DNA of 64,000 nucleotides from an uncultured Rickettsiales bacterium (GTDB taxonomy: Bacteria; Pseudomonadota; Alphaproteobacteria; Rickettsiales; UBA8987). Both the position numbers and the translations under genes were made by a program. Positions 44,203-54,182 of the stretch are shown in pieces (position 1 is the first letter of the stretch; every line of letters begins with the position of its first letter). Below the pieces are notes generated by a model. The model saw nothing but the letters and a program-made list of their open reading frames with translations. It made no database searches and had not been told where the DNA came from. The stretch spans positions 3,141-67,140 of the forward strand of contig CAZPQM010000008.1 in assembly GCA_964588995.1 (NCBI GenBank), written 5' to 3'.

Positions 44203-44355
44203 TCAAAAATCGTAGCACCTGCCGTCCTTTTCCCAGTCACCATACCGGGTCGGCTCTTTGCCTTTTGGGCCGCCGGTTTCTTCGGTTTCGTCCAGCACCT
44301 TTTTGGTAGCTTCGTCGAGCTTGTCGTAATCTTTCGGCTTATCTTTGGGGCTCAT
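44203..44355 (-). CDS. DUF1674 / SDHAF4-like small protein (50 aa, below the ORF-track cutoff)
   Basis: Hand translation gives MSPKDKPKDYDKLDEATKKVLDETEETGGPKGKEPTRYGDWEKDGRCYDF. The C-terminal GGPKG.EPTRYGDWE..GRC.DF is the DUF1674 signature. Confidence 0.7.
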   Translation of the reverse strand: MSPKDKPKDYDKLDEATKKVLDETEETGGPKGKEPTRYGDWEKDGRCYDF

Positions 44356-45601
44356 GGATTGTCTCGCGTTTTTCGTTAAAGATGATCATGGCGGCTCCGA
44401 ACATGGCGGCTATATTGGCGATCAGCCATGCCTGCGCCGCACCTTCTGCACCTTGATTCGGCACAAGCACCAAAGAAGTCACAATCAGCGTGACCGCGGA
44501 AATGACGGGAGGCAGCAAAATCACCCACCCCTGATACATCGCGGTGATCATCGAGTGAAACAGCTGAAAACTACCGAAAAACACCAACCCGATCAGTAAG
44601 GTACGAAACACGGAAATCGAAGGGGTAAACGCCTCACCGAATACCAGCGTGACCAGCCAGGGCGCAATCAGATAGAAAACCCCTGCCGCACCTAATAGCA
44701 GCGTGCAGAGCATGATCGTCGCAATCGCCTTAAACTGGCGCCGTTCCTGGGGCGTCTTCAGCCTGACCAGATTCGGCACCGCATACATGCTGAACATGCG
44801 CGATAAGGTAGCCATCGCTTCGATAAATGCATAGGCGACGGCAAAATAACCGACCTGTTCCGCCGTGGTCTCCACCCCCATAATCAACACAACTGCATGC
44901 GACGCAAGCAATTGCGCGAGATTGGAAATATGATTGATCAGCATATAGGTTTTATGCCGCTTCGCCTGCGCTATCGCACCTTTGAGCGTGCCTTTATTAC
45001 GATGCCGCAGGAAGTAAAATGCAATCGCAAATTTCACTACCACGGCTAGCATCAAGGCAAGTACGGCAGTAAACGGGGTGAGTCCTCCGATAAGAAACAG
45101 ACCGCCGATCAGAAGCAGATTGCACAGCTTCTGCGACAGTATGACAATATTATACCCGCGCGCATGATGCAGCCCAACCAGTAGCGCGGCAAGCGCGTCC
45201 GCCGCCGCAAGCAACGGCACCCCCAGCAGGGCGATGAACAACGCAAGCGGCATGGTCTCCGCGATTGGATTAGTATGGGCAAAGCCGTAAAAGAGTGGCA
45301 GGACAAGCAGGCTCGAACCCCCGACCGCGAGCAGAGTCAGCAGGCGGTAATGATTCGCCGCATAAGGTTTTTCTGCCGCATAACGGCGGTTAAGATTCGT
45401 CGTTCCGAATTGGGTAAAAGCGGTTGCAATGATGTGCAGCGAGATCAGCCAGGACACCATACCGCGCCCGTCCGGCCCAAGCTCCCGCGCCAGAATTATC
45501 GAAACGACGAAACCAAGAAGAATGCCCGCACCGTTACTCGCCACCGAAGACGCCACCTGCTTAAAAAAACCGGTATGCTGAGTAAGGGTATCGCGTATCA
45601 T
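44339..45601 (-). CDS. Polysaccharide biosynthesis flippase (Wzx/MOP superfamily)
   Basis: 420 aa with about 12 TM segments. The N-terminal GAGILLGFVVSIILARELGPDGRG pattern is typical of Wzx-like proteins. Confidence 0.7.
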   Translation of the reverse strand: MIRDTLTQHTGFFKQVASSVASNGAGILLGFVVSIILARELGPDGRGMVSWLISLHIIATAFTQFGTTNLNRRYAAEKPYAANHYRLLTLLAVGGSSLLVLPLFYGFAHTNPIAETMPLALFIALLGVPLLAAADALAALLVGLHHARGYNIVILSQKLCNLLLIGGLFLIGGLTPFTAVLALMLAVVVKFAIAFYFLRHRNKGTLKGAIAQAKRHKTYMLINHISNLAQLLASHAVVLIMGVETTAEQVGYFAVAYAFIEAMATLSRMFSMYAVPNLVRLKTPQERRQFKAIATIMLCTLLLGAAGVFYLIAPWLVTLVFGEAFTPSISVFRTLLIGLVFFGSFQLFHSMITAMYQGWVILLPPVISAVTLIVTSLVLVPNQGAEGAAQAWLIANIAAMFGAAMIIFNEKRETIHEPQR

Positions 45602-45614
45602 AAATTAGCTGCAG

Positions 45615-47747
45615 CTAGTCATTATAATAGGCTTTATAATCGCTGTAATAGGTGCCGATTTCGCCGTATTGCATACCCTGATATTTTTTCAGATCGACCC
45701 GGCTGATAATGGCCCCGGAGATATGCGCATCGTTCTTTCGTAAAATACTGATGGCTTTTTTTACCACATTACGCCGCGTTTTTCCCCAGCGCGCCAGGAA
45801 CAGCACCGTATCGGCAATGCGAGTGAGTATGACAGTATCGGATAGTGCCATGACGGGCGGCGCATCGATAATAATCAGGTCATAATGATGTTTCAGCGCC
45901 TCTAAAAACGCTTCCATACGCCCGGAGCGCAAGAGCTCGCGGGAATAGGGCGTATTACCCGGCGCGGTAACATAATGCAGGCCTGACGCCTCGTCCATCT
46001 GCACCGTCTCCTCATAGCTCGCTTTTTCTTCAAGAATATCTTTCAACGTCAAAGAAGCGTCACTCTGAAAAATCTCGGCTACCGTAGGCAACCGGAAATC
46101 GCAATCGAGCAGGACGATTTTCATCTTCGAACGTGCCGCGAGGCGGGCAAGCGATACGGCAAATACTGACTTCCCTTCCTGGGTTCCGCTGGAGGTCACC
46201 ATCACGGTTTTCGCCTCTTTTTCTTTTCCTTCTGCCGTTACGATCGGCTTATCGAGCTCGGTCAATACAGCACGCAAACTCTCCGCGAAAGACGATGTCA
46301 GGTGCTGAATCGCATAATCCGTCACCTGTCTGCGGGTTTTGATTTTGCGCTTCTTGAGCTCCGGAAATAAGGTCAGGGTTGGCAGCCCGGTGATGGTCTC
46401 CAGCTGTTCTTCATTGCGCACGACAGCGTCGAGTATGTCATGCAAAAAGGCGAGCACCAGCCCGGCCAGCGTGCCGAGCACCAGCCCGAGCAGCAGGATA
46501 ATTTTCTTACTGGGCCAGGAGGGCTTAAACGGTATTTCCGCGTAGGAGGAAATACGTGCATCGTAATTGACCGCATCCGGCTGCTGCGAGGTTTCCTTGT
46601 AGCGGGTCAGAAAAGCTTCATAGACCGCCGTATTCGCATCAAGTTCACGCTGCAATTCCGCGAGCTTTACCTCCGCCCGTCCGGACAGGCCCAGCTTTTG
46701 CTCAAGCTCCGTTAGTTTCTCCCGTAAGGTCGCTTCATTAATACGCGCGCGCTTTACTTCATTCTCCAGACTGCGCGTAATATTATCGATCTCCGTCGCT
46801 ATTTTTCCCCGGATGGAGGCGAGTTCCGCCTCCACCTGCTGTATTTCCGGATGCCGTGCACCATAACGGCTGCTCAAATCGGAACGCATGCGCCGCACTT
46901 CGGCTTCCTGCACCTTGAGTTGCTGAATAATACCGGAATTAACTACCTCGGGGATGGATTCGACATTCATCCCTTCCGTGGCCTGTTGGTATTTGGCTTC
47001 TGCGGTCACGCGCTCTTTCTGTGCGATGGTCAGCTGGGTATTTAATTCCTGCAACTGCGTATCGCTGACCGTTTGCCCGTCCAGTTCGAGGAGGTCGTTA
47101 GCCTCGCGATATTCCTGCACCGCTTTGGCCGAGGCTTCGACCCGTTCGCGTAGTTCGTTAATACGCTGATTCAGCCAGATATTCGCCTGATCGGTGACAT
47201 TGAGCTTACTCTCCTGTTGCATGTCAATGAATTCTTTCGCTACCGCGTTTGCTATGCCCGCCGCATGATCCGGGTTGGGCGAAGTATAGCGGATCAGCAC
47301 CGTGTAGGATTTCGGCTTACGCGACACGGTCAGGTTGTTGCGAACGGCGCGCACAACCAGTTGCCGTTTATAACGTTCAAGCTGTTCCTCATTCCGCCCT
47401 TCCGGATCGGGGTCGAACTGGAATTCCGAAAATTCCATCAGCCCGTAGCGCTTGACGATACGGCGGACCAATTCGCGCGAGCTGATCAAATCCACCTCGC
47501 TTTGTATAACTGATTCATCCGGGGCACCCCCGGTCAGAAGCGATTGCACATCCACCACCGGCTGATTGCGCACATTGAACTGCATCAGCACTTCCGAGGT
47601 ATAGACTTTGGGCGTGACCGACAGGTAAATATAGCCAAGCAACAACCCTGCAAACAGGCAGAGGAGTATGAGGTAGCGGTGCCGCTTGATACTGGTAAAT
47701 ATCGTCGAAAGGGCCACTTCCTCGAAGAACGTATTCTGTTGGCTCAT
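45615..47747 (-). CDS. Polysaccharide co-polymerase / tyrosine autokinase (Wzc/ExoP/GumC-like)
   Basis: N-terminal Wzz domain with a TM segment, a long coiled-coil periplasmic region, a second TM segment, and a C-terminal ParA-like kinase (VTSSGTQEGKS, LIIIDAPP). A Tyr-containing tail (YYSDYKAYYND). Confidence 0.9.
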   Translation of the reverse strand: MSQQNTFFEEVALSTIFTSIKRHRYLILLCLFAGLLLGYIYLSVTPKVYTSEVLMQFNVRNQPVVDVQSLLTGGAPDESVIQSEVDLISSRELVRRIVKRYGLMEFSEFQFDPDPEGRNEEQLERYKRQLVVRAVRNNLTVSRKPKSYTVLIRYTSPNPDHAAGIANAVAKEFIDMQQESKLNVTDQANIWLNQRINELRERVEASAKAVQEYREANDLLELDGQTVSDTQLQELNTQLTIAQKERVTAEAKYQQATEGMNVESIPEVVNSGIIQQLKVQEAEVRRMRSDLSSRYGARHPEIQQVEAELASIRGKIATEIDNITRSLENEVKRARINEATLREKLTELEQKLGLSGRAEVKLAELQRELDANTAVYEAFLTRYKETSQQPDAVNYDARISSYAEIPFKPSWPSKKIILLLGLVLGTLAGLVLAFLHDILDAVVRNEEQLETITGLPTLTLFPELKKRKIKTRRQVTDYAIQHLTSSFAESLRAVLTELDKPIVTAEGKEKEAKTVMVTSSGTQEGKSVFAVSLARLAARSKMKIVLLDCDFRLPTVAEIFQSDASLTLKDILEEKASYEETVQMDEASGLHYVTAPGNTPYSRELLRSGRMEAFLEALKHHYDLIIIDAPPVMALSDTVILTRIADTVLFLARWGKTRRNVVKKAISILRKNDAHISGAIISRVDLKKYQGMQYGEIGTYYSDYKAYYND

Positions 47748-47759
47748 AGAATTGGCCTT

Positions 47760-48320
47760 TTAAAAAAAGCGCTCTTTAATAATGATAGTATCGCCGGGAA
47801 GCACCAGGGCGGCCTCATCCCCCTGATAAGTGTTACCCCGTCGCTTGATCAGCGGTTTATTCTCTTTTGCGCGGTAGGTATAGCCACCGGCAAGCGCAAC
47901 CGCATTAATGACATTCATGCCCGTCGTATACGGGTAGCCACCGGGTTCATTCACCTCGCCCATAATATAAAACTGCCGGAAGTCTGATACTTCGATGTTG
48001 ACGCGCGGCTCCCTCAAATAACCTGATGCCAGCGTGTTACGTATGGCCATCTCGGCCTCGGAAATAGTCTTCCCGTCGAGGTTAATCTGCCCCATCAGCG
48101 GGATGGATACGAAGCCCCTCCCATCGACCACATATTCCCCGGAAATATTCTCCTCACCGAAGACGGTCAGCTTGACTTTATCGCCGGGGCTGAGCCGGTA
48201 CTGCGCCTGCAGCTCAAAAGCCTCCTGTATGTTGCTTTCGCTGAGATACATTACCTCTTCACCGCACGCGCTGATGAACAATAAGCAGGCAAAACAGATG
48301 ATTAAATGACGTAATTTCAT
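47760..48320 (-). CDS. Polysaccharide export periplasmic protein (Wza/Poly_export plus SLBB)
   Basis: Lipoprotein-like signal (FISAC). YRLSPGDKVKLTVFGEENISGEYVVDGRGFVSIPLMGQINLDGKT. Confidence 0.85.
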   Translation of the reverse strand: MKLRHLIICFACLLFISACGEEVMYLSESNIQEAFELQAQYRLSPGDKVKLTVFGEENISGEYVVDGRGFVSIPLMGQINLDGKTISEAEMAIRNTLASGYLREPRVNIEVSDFRQFYIMGEVNEPGGYPYTTGMNVINAVALAGGYTYRAKENKPLIKRRGNTYQGDEAALVLPGDTIIIKERFF

Positions 48321-48327
48321 TTCATAC

Positions 48328-49572
48328 CTACAAAGCTAATGACGTGCTCAACATGATCCGGTTAATCGAGAAATCCTGAAATGCCGCGTTCGAGTCCCGG
48401 CTTGCGTAATCATAGGCGAGATTCAGCCCGATACCTTCCCGGATGAAGTATTGCGCAAGCGCGCCGAATTCAACATTATCATCTTCGCGCTCAAGCACAT
48501 TGCCGTTCGGCTCATATTCGTCCAGCTGATAGGCAATGTCCAGCCCTAGCAGCACATTGCGACGCAGCTCATGCTCGATAGCCGCGGTATAACGGGTCGC
48601 CAGAAAGCCGGAATAATCCAACGAAATTGTTTCTTCGACCGTGCGGATCACCCCGGCTTTCAAAGAAGTCAGCCCGGTAACATTCCACAAAAGATCACCG
48701 CCGAAGGTCGCGTTCTCGATATCGCTGAAATTTTCGCTGTCATATTCCTGTTCCAAAAATCCCCCAAACAGGCTGAGCCGTAACTTGCCCGTCAGATCGC
48801 GGCTCAAGCCGAGACTCACATCATAACCGCTTGAATCCCGGTTGAGCGGCAAAGTTGCGTCATAGTCGCGCTCGTTCCATCCGGCAAGCAGAAAAACGTT
48901 ATAGGTCGGCTGAAATTCATAGCCGAGCTTGGTAAATACCCGGTATTCCTCCCGGTCGCGGTCTTCATTGGTAATCAGGGTGCCAAGCGAAGTGCGTACG
49001 CTGGAAAAATCCAGCTGTTCATATCCGGCACCGAAATCAACCAGAAAACGCCCCGCCTCATGCGTCAGCAGCGCATCCGCCTGATACGCGTTAATATCGG
49101 TCGGTTCAATGCCATTTACATCGTTAGGTGAGGTCCGTTCTTCATGGCTGTTGACATAGGCAATCCCGCCTTTTAACTGCGTCGAGCGCCGAATATCCAG
49201 CTCCCCGTAGAGGCCGAGATTGTAATCTTCAAAATCCTCATTATCGTTGTCTTCATGCAGGCCGGCTATCGCCCCCGCATTAAGTACCACGCGGTGCACA
49301 TTCCAGTTGGATTCTAGCCGTGCGCCGCCGGAAAAGACAAAAATCTGATCCGATTGCTCATTCCCATCGGTCGCAAACACGTTATCATCATAGAGGTATT
49401 GTGCATTGACCGCTGGCCGCATAATCCAGCCACCAAGCGGTACGCCTTCAGCAGCATAATCCCCGCGATCGCGCTCAAACACGCTCTCCACCGGACCGTC
49501 AGCCAGGTCCTGCGCAGATGCTGAAACTGCTATAAAAGCAACACAGACGGCAAGAAGCAGGGGCAGTTTCAT
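48328..49572 (-). CDS. Outer-membrane beta-barrel protein associated with EPS export
   Basis: Signal peptide (AVSASA-QD). Alternating beta-strand pattern with aromatic residues near the C-terminus. Position within the export operon. Confidence 0.6.
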   Translation of the reverse strand: MKLPLLLAVCVAFIAVSASAQDLADGPVESVFERDRGDYAAEGVPLGGWIMRPAVNAQYLYDDNVFATDGNEQSDQIFVFSGGARLESNWNVHRVVLNAGAIAGLHEDNDNEDFEDYNLGLYGELDIRRSTQLKGGIAYVNSHEERTSPNDVNGIEPTDINAYQADALLTHEAGRFLVDFGAGYEQLDFSSVRTSLGTLITNEDRDREEYRVFTKLGYEFQPTYNVFLLAGWNERDYDATLPLNRDSSGYDVSLGLSRDLTGKLRLSLFGGFLEQEYDSENFSDIENATFGGDLLWNVTGLTSLKAGVIRTVEETISLDYSGFLATRYTAAIEHELRRNVLLGLDIAYQLDEYEPNGNVLEREDDNVEFGALAQYFIREGIGLNLAYDYASRDSNAAFQDFSINRIMLSTSLAL

Positions 49573-49663
49573 GGTTTTGTCCTTCCAAAGTGACTATATT
49601 ATTAACAAATAATCTATCATTTCAAGGAGATAAGTTAAAAGCTAAATGAGGATCGGCCTTTGA

Positions 49664-50488
49664 TTGAGCAAGAATAAACCCATCAAGTTATATTATTACC
49701 GCAATGTACACGACCCGCCGGGGTATGGCAATTTCGGTGATGAACTTTCTCCTTTACTGGTAGAACGGCTGAGCGGGCGTTCAGTCGAATGGGCTCCTAT
49801 TGGCCGCTGCGATATGATCGGCATCGGCAGCAATCTCGATTTGTTCTGTTTCCGCAAACCGCGCGACATTATGCGGCTAGTACGTGCGATGCGGGGCGTC
49901 GATATCTGGGGCGCTGGCTTTATGCATAAACGCTCTTACATCCGCTATTCACGCCTTCATTTCCATCTGATTCGCGGCTACCTCTCGGCTAACCGGCTGC
50001 ATACCACGACCCGGGCGCTCGGCGATCCCGGATTACTTGCCAATATATTATTGGAAAAAATGCCGGAAAAGCGCTTTAAGGTTGGGCTGGTGCCGCATCG
50101 TAACGACCTCTCCGATCCGCAGTGGGATTATCTGTTACAGGTATTTCCGAATTCTACCCTGATCTCAACTATGGGAGTAGCGCTGGATATCTTACAGGAA
50201 ATCGCCGAATGCGAGATGATCTTTTCTACCGCGTTACATCCGCTGATCGTGGCCGATGCCCTCGGGATTCCCAATTTTTGGTGCACCATAGGCGACCGGG
50301 TAGAAGGGAAAGAATTTAAGTTTCTGGATTATTATTCCAGTCATGGCATCAAAGATATAAAACCCCTTTTGCTAAATGAGGTTATACCCGGAGACGAAAT
50401 TTTTCTGGACCCTTTGGTAGAAAACTATGAACGTAAATTCGTTAGCTCTGTTCAGAAAAACATCTTTGATAATTTTCCATATAAATAG
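49664..50488 (+). CDS. Polysaccharide pyruvyl transferase family protein
   Basis: N-terminal GNFGDELSPLLVERL motif, characteristic of PS_pyruv_trans. TTG start. Confidence 0.7.
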   Translation: MSKNKPIKLYYYRNVHDPPGYGNFGDELSPLLVERLSGRSVEWAPIGRCDMIGIGSNLDLFCFRKPRDIMRLVRAMRGVDIWGAGFMHKRSYIRYSRLHFHLIRGYLSANRLHTTTRALGDPGLLANILLEKMPEKRFKVGLVPHRNDLSDPQWDYLLQVFPNSTLISTMGVALDILQEIAECEMIFSTALHPLIVADALGIPNFWCTIGDRVEGKEFKFLDYYSSHGIKDIKPLLLNEVIPGDEIFLDPLVENYERKFVSSVQKNIFDNFPYK

Positions 50489-50540
50489 GATGTTTCTAAT
50501 CCTTTAAGCAAATTGAAAATTTAAAGATAATTTCGCGGTA

Positions 50541-50570
50541 AAAAAGCCGGGGCGTATACCCCGGCTTTGA
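50541..50570 (-). terminator. Bidirectional rho-independent terminator between convergent genes
   Basis: aaagccgggg-cgtata-ccccggcttt forms a 10-bp stem. It is flanked by A5 on the left (U5 for the minus-strand transcript) and TTT on the right. Confidence 0.6.
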
Positions 50571-50602
50571 TCTTGTCTTACTTTGTCAGAGCAAAGCGCT
50601 TA

Positions 50603-51325
50603 TTAGCGCCGTTCGCCGAACAGATGCAGTAGCATAATCATCAGGTTAATGAAGGTAACATAGAGCGTGTAAGCCCCGAGAACAGCCGCTTTACCATGCT
50701 CGCTCTGCGGCACCATGTAGTACATCTGCTTGATCTGCTGGTTGCTATATGCTGCAAGACCGGTGAAAACGATCACACCAATCCCGGAAATCGCATACAT
50801 TACTGCTTCAGACTGTAAAAACAGGTTCACGATCGCAGCGATGAAAATGCCCCAGAAACCCATCATCAGGAAGCTGCCGACACCGGTCAGATCCCGTTTG
50901 GTGGTGTATCCGCACAGGCTCATCGAGCCGAACAGAATCGCTGTGATAAAGAAGACGCGCGCGATGCTCGTCGGTTGGTAGACGATAAACGTCATCGCCA
51001 TGATGGACATGCCCATCACCACGCAGAACGCCCAGAAGAGCATTTGCGCCGTGCTCGTTTTCATTTTATGCAGCCCGAATGCCATCGCAAACGAAAATAC
51101 CGTTGGTGCGAGCAATACGACGAAAGCCTGCGGACCGGCAAACAGCGCTTGTAACAACGCCGGAGACTGCACGACGAAAAACGCAATCACCCCGGTGAGC
51201 GCAAGCCCGGCCGCCATGTAGTTATAGACTTTGATCATATGGGCGCGTAAACCGGCATCCACCTCGGTTGCCTGAGCGTGTACGCCCGTTCTTCCGCGCA
51301 TTTCAGGCTTGGTATAATCTTTCAT
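50603..51325 (-). CDS. Bax inhibitor-1 / YccA family membrane protein
   Basis: Seven TM segments. LRAHMIKVYNYMAAGLALTG and the C-terminal FINLMIMLLHLFG pattern. Confidence 0.9.
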   Translation of the reverse strand: MKDYTKPEMRGRTGVHAQATEVDAGLRAHMIKVYNYMAAGLALTGVIAFFVVQSPALLQALFAGPQAFVVLLAPTVFSFAMAFGLHKMKTSTAQMLFWAFCVVMGMSIMAMTFIVYQPTSIARVFFITAILFGSMSLCGYTTKRDLTGVGSFLMMGFWGIFIAAIVNLFLQSEAVMYAISGIGVIVFTGLAAYSNQQIKQMYYMVPQSEHGKAAVLGAYTLYVTFINLMIMLLHLFGERR

Positions 51326-51466
51326 TGATAACTCCTCATACTAGAATGTTCTGCATAATTATATAGTATTTCAGGGGGTGTTTTCAAGAATAACCGACCA
51401 GAATCGTATAGTATCTGCGTAAGGTTTTACTGGCTTTTTATGTGCTATGAGGCTACAAACCCGGCC

Positions 51467-52531
51467 ATGACTCGCTCCAATACCCTGTTACCGCCCGGTT
51501 TTTACGACGCGCTGCACAAGGATGCGGTGAATGAGCGTGTGATCACAAATGCGATTATCGACCGCCTGCAGTGCTTCAGTTATGATTATATCCGTCCGCC
51601 ATTGCTCGAATTTGAGGATACGCTGCTGGAGCAGGCGAGCGATGCGCTCAAACAACAGACCTTTCGCCTGCGCGACCCGGAAAGCAACCGTATGCTTGGC
51701 TTACGCGCCGATATTACGCCGCAAATCAAGCGGATGGCAACACAGCGCCTGCGGGATGCGCCCCGTCCTTTGCGGCTTTGCTATACCGGGCAGGTCGTGC
51801 TGGCTGGAGGGGATACGCTGCATAAAGACCGGCAATTGTCACAGGCCGGGCTGGAGTTGATCGGGAGTAACGCGTCTGAAGCCGATATTGAAATTATTAC
51901 GGCCACGTTAGAGGCGCTACTCAGCCTGCCGCGTGGCGCCATCAAAGAAAGAATGATCACGCTTGATTTTCACCTGCCCTGCCTGCTGTCCGAGCTTTTA
52001 GCCGGACTTGAACCCGCATTGCGCCAGCGTCTGAACGAAGCGGTGAAGCTCAAACAGCCGGCCCTGCTTGAGCAGATCGACCACCCGGCCAGCGCCGCTG
52101 TACGTACATTTCTTTCACTTCGCGGTACGCCGGAAGAGATTGTGTCAGGACTACGCCGTAGCGCCTTGCCGGATCCGTGCTTGGTCGCGCTTGACCGGCT
52201 TGAGACGCTACTGTCTGCCATATCCGACCTCTTTCCGGCGCTTCGTATCACGCTCGACCCGCTGGAAGCGGTCGGGTTCGATTATTATTCTGATATTGCC
52301 TTTTCGCTTTTTGTGGATGGAGCGCAGCAGGAATGTGGACGTGGCGGACGGTATAGATTGCAGGTAACGAATGAGGAGGCGGTCGGTTTCACGTTTGATG
52401 TCAGTGTACTCGCCCGTTTTCTGGCCATTGCGCCGGAGCTGAAGGCCGAAACCGTTTCAAACCGCACAGCTTACCAAAAGGCAAAGGCGTTGCGCGATCA
52501 GGGGAAAATGACGCTGGATCCGCTCAGCTAG
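51467..52531 (+). CDS. hisZ: ATP phosphoribosyltransferase regulatory subunit HisZ
   Basis: LLPPGFYD, a HisRS-like core (FRLRDPESNRMLGLRADITPQ, RLCYTGQV), and GRGGRY near the C-terminus. No anticodon-binding domain. Confidence 0.85.
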   Translation: MTRSNTLLPPGFYDALHKDAVNERVITNAIIDRLQCFSYDYIRPPLLEFEDTLLEQASDALKQQTFRLRDPESNRMLGLRADITPQIKRMATQRLRDAPRPLRLCYTGQVVLAGGDTLHKDRQLSQAGLELIGSNASEADIEIITATLEALLSLPRGAIKERMITLDFHLPCLLSELLAGLEPALRQRLNEAVKLKQPALLEQIDHPASAAVRTFLSLRGTPEEIVSGLRRSALPDPCLVALDRLETLLSAISDLFPALRITLDPLEAVGFDYYSDIAFSLFVDGAQQECGRGGRYRLQVTNEEAVGFTFDVSVLARFLAIAPELKAETVSNRTAYQKAKALRDQGKMTLDPLS

Positions 52532-52560
52532 TTGACATAAGCGAATACCCGACCTATATA
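52532..52560 (+). promoter_or_regulatory. Sigma-70-type promoter candidate for the NifU-like gene
   Basis: TTGACA-N17-TATATA exactly, right after the hisZ stop. It would give a leader of about 115 nt. Confidence 0.4.
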
Positions 52561-52679
52561 GTAGGATAAAGCGTTTTGATGCACGTAAGCCGAACAAGCC
52601 AGCAGCCGAGTATCATTAGTCAGCGAAGCCATTAGGCGCATCCGCAAGTATCGTAATACGAGCAAGGAGTCATCACATC

Positions 52680-53249
52680 ATGTTTATACAGACGGAAGAT
52701 ACCCCGAACCCACGCAGCATGAAATTTATCCCCGGCGAAACGGTGATGGAAGCCGGTACGATTGCTTTTACCGACTCCGAGATGGCGAAAAAATCACCAC
52801 TTGCTGAAGCGCTTTTTACGATTGAACATGTCGATAGTGTTTTCTTCGGGCAGGATTTTGTTTCTGTCACCCATGACGGCAACGGCGAATGGACCACGCT
52901 AAAACCCTATATCCTCACGACGATTATGGAGCATTACGTCGCAAATCGTCCGATTCTGCGGGAAGAACAGGAAGAAAGTGTGGTACAAGGCTCCACCCGC
53001 AGCGAAGAAGATTCAGAATTAGTTGTGCAAATCAAAGAACTCATTGACACACGCGTACGCCCGGCGGTTGCGCAGGACGGCGGGGATATTATTTACCGGG
53101 ATTTTGACGATGGCGTCGTTTTTCTGGAACTCCGCGGCGCGTGCTCAGGCTGCCCGAGTTCGACGGCAACTTTGAAAGACGGCATCGAAAATATGCTTAA
53201 ACATTACGTTCCGGAAATCGCCCGCGTCGAGGCCATTCCGGCATATTAA
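52680..53249 (+). CDS. NifU-family Fe-S assembly protein (Nfu_N plus NifU C-terminal domain)
   Basis: MFIQTEDTPNPRSMKFIPG (Nfu_N) and RPAVAQDGGDIIYRDF..GVVFLELRGACSGCPSS (the CxxC NifU domain). Confidence 0.9.
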   Translation: MFIQTEDTPNPRSMKFIPGETVMEAGTIAFTDSEMAKKSPLAEALFTIEHVDSVFFGQDFVSVTHDGNGEWTTLKPYILTTIMEHYVANRPILREEQEESVVQGSTRSEEDSELVVQIKELIDTRVRPAVAQDGGDIIYRDFDDGVVFLELRGACSGCPSSTATLKDGIENMLKHYVPEIARVEAIPAY

Positions 53250-53346
53250 AGAATTTTCCTCTATTTATCAGGCATCTAGCTCGAGAGAACCCCCACTTTC
53301 TCATTTTGAAGCAGTGATCAATATATTACATAATTCCGGTGTCGTG

Positions 53347-53361
53347 TTAACAAATAATTAA
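53347..53361 (+). promoter_or_regulatory. CtrA-box-like motif TTAA-N7-TTAA
   Basis: ttaa-caaataa-ttaa lies 50 nt upstream of the sugar transferase ATG. The context is AT-rich, so a chance match is plausible. Confidence 0.2.
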
Positions 53362-53410
53362 CTCTTTTGTGGTATTCTCTATTGGCAGGTAGGGAAGATG
53401 AGAAGGAGTT

Positions 53411-54124
53411 ATGGTTAAACAGACACATACCGAGCCATCGGTTTCGGCTAGTTACGTTGCACAGTCGGATACTTTCGTTGTAAACAACGCGCAGTCGCTT
53501 AACCCGGATTATGCAGCACGCGATTACGGCGCTCAGCTCAGCTTGAAACGCTTATTCGATGTCGCATCAGCCAGCGTTGCTTTACTATTATTAAGCCCGC
53601 TACTATTCGTGACCGCTATTCTGATTAAATTAGAAAGCAAAGGCCCGGTCATCTACAAGCAACAGCGAGGCGGATTGAACGGTACTCCCTTTACCATCTA
53701 TAAATTTCGTACAATGACGCAGGAGGCCTGTCTATTCGGAGGTGCGAAACATGCCACCCCGGCGGACCCGCGCGTTACCGCTTTGGGCAAGTGGCTGCGT
53801 AAAACCAGTATCGATGAATTGCCGCAGCTATGGAATGTGATCAAAGGCGATATGTCCGTTGTTGGGCCGCGTCCTCACATGCTGGATCATGATGCTCTCT
53901 ATACTCGTAGCGTATATCACTACCAGCAGCGCTTTCGTATGAAGCCTGGCCTTACGGGCCTTGCGCAATGCAGCGGCCTGCGCGGTTGTATCCATACGCC
54001 GGATCAGATGCAGGCACGCGTCGATGCGGATAATGTCTATATCAATCGCTGGTCGCTTTGGTTAGATATCAAAATTATATTTCGCACCGTGCTCATGGTG
54101 CTGAAAGGTAAAAACGCGCACTAA
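53411..54124 (+). CDS. Undecaprenyl-phosphate sugar phosphotransferase (bacterial sugar transferase family, ExoY/WbaP C-terminal-like)
   Basis: [75 protein letters not shown]. Confidence 0.9.
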   Translation: MVKQTHTEPSVSASYVAQSDTFVVNNAQSLNPDYAARDYGAQLSLKRLFDVASASVALLLLSPLLFVTAILIKLESKGPVIYKQQRGGLNGTPFTIYKFRTMTQEACLFGGAKHATPADPRVTALGKWLRKTSIDELPQLWNVIKGDMSVVGPRPHMLDHDALYTRSVYHYQQRFRMKPGLTGLAQCSGLRGCIHTPDQMQARVDADNVYINRWSLWLDIKIIFRTVLMVLKGKNAH

Positions 54125-54182
54125 AGCTTTAATTTTAGGAAAAAATCCTTATATAAAAGTCATAACGTAACACTGACCCATT

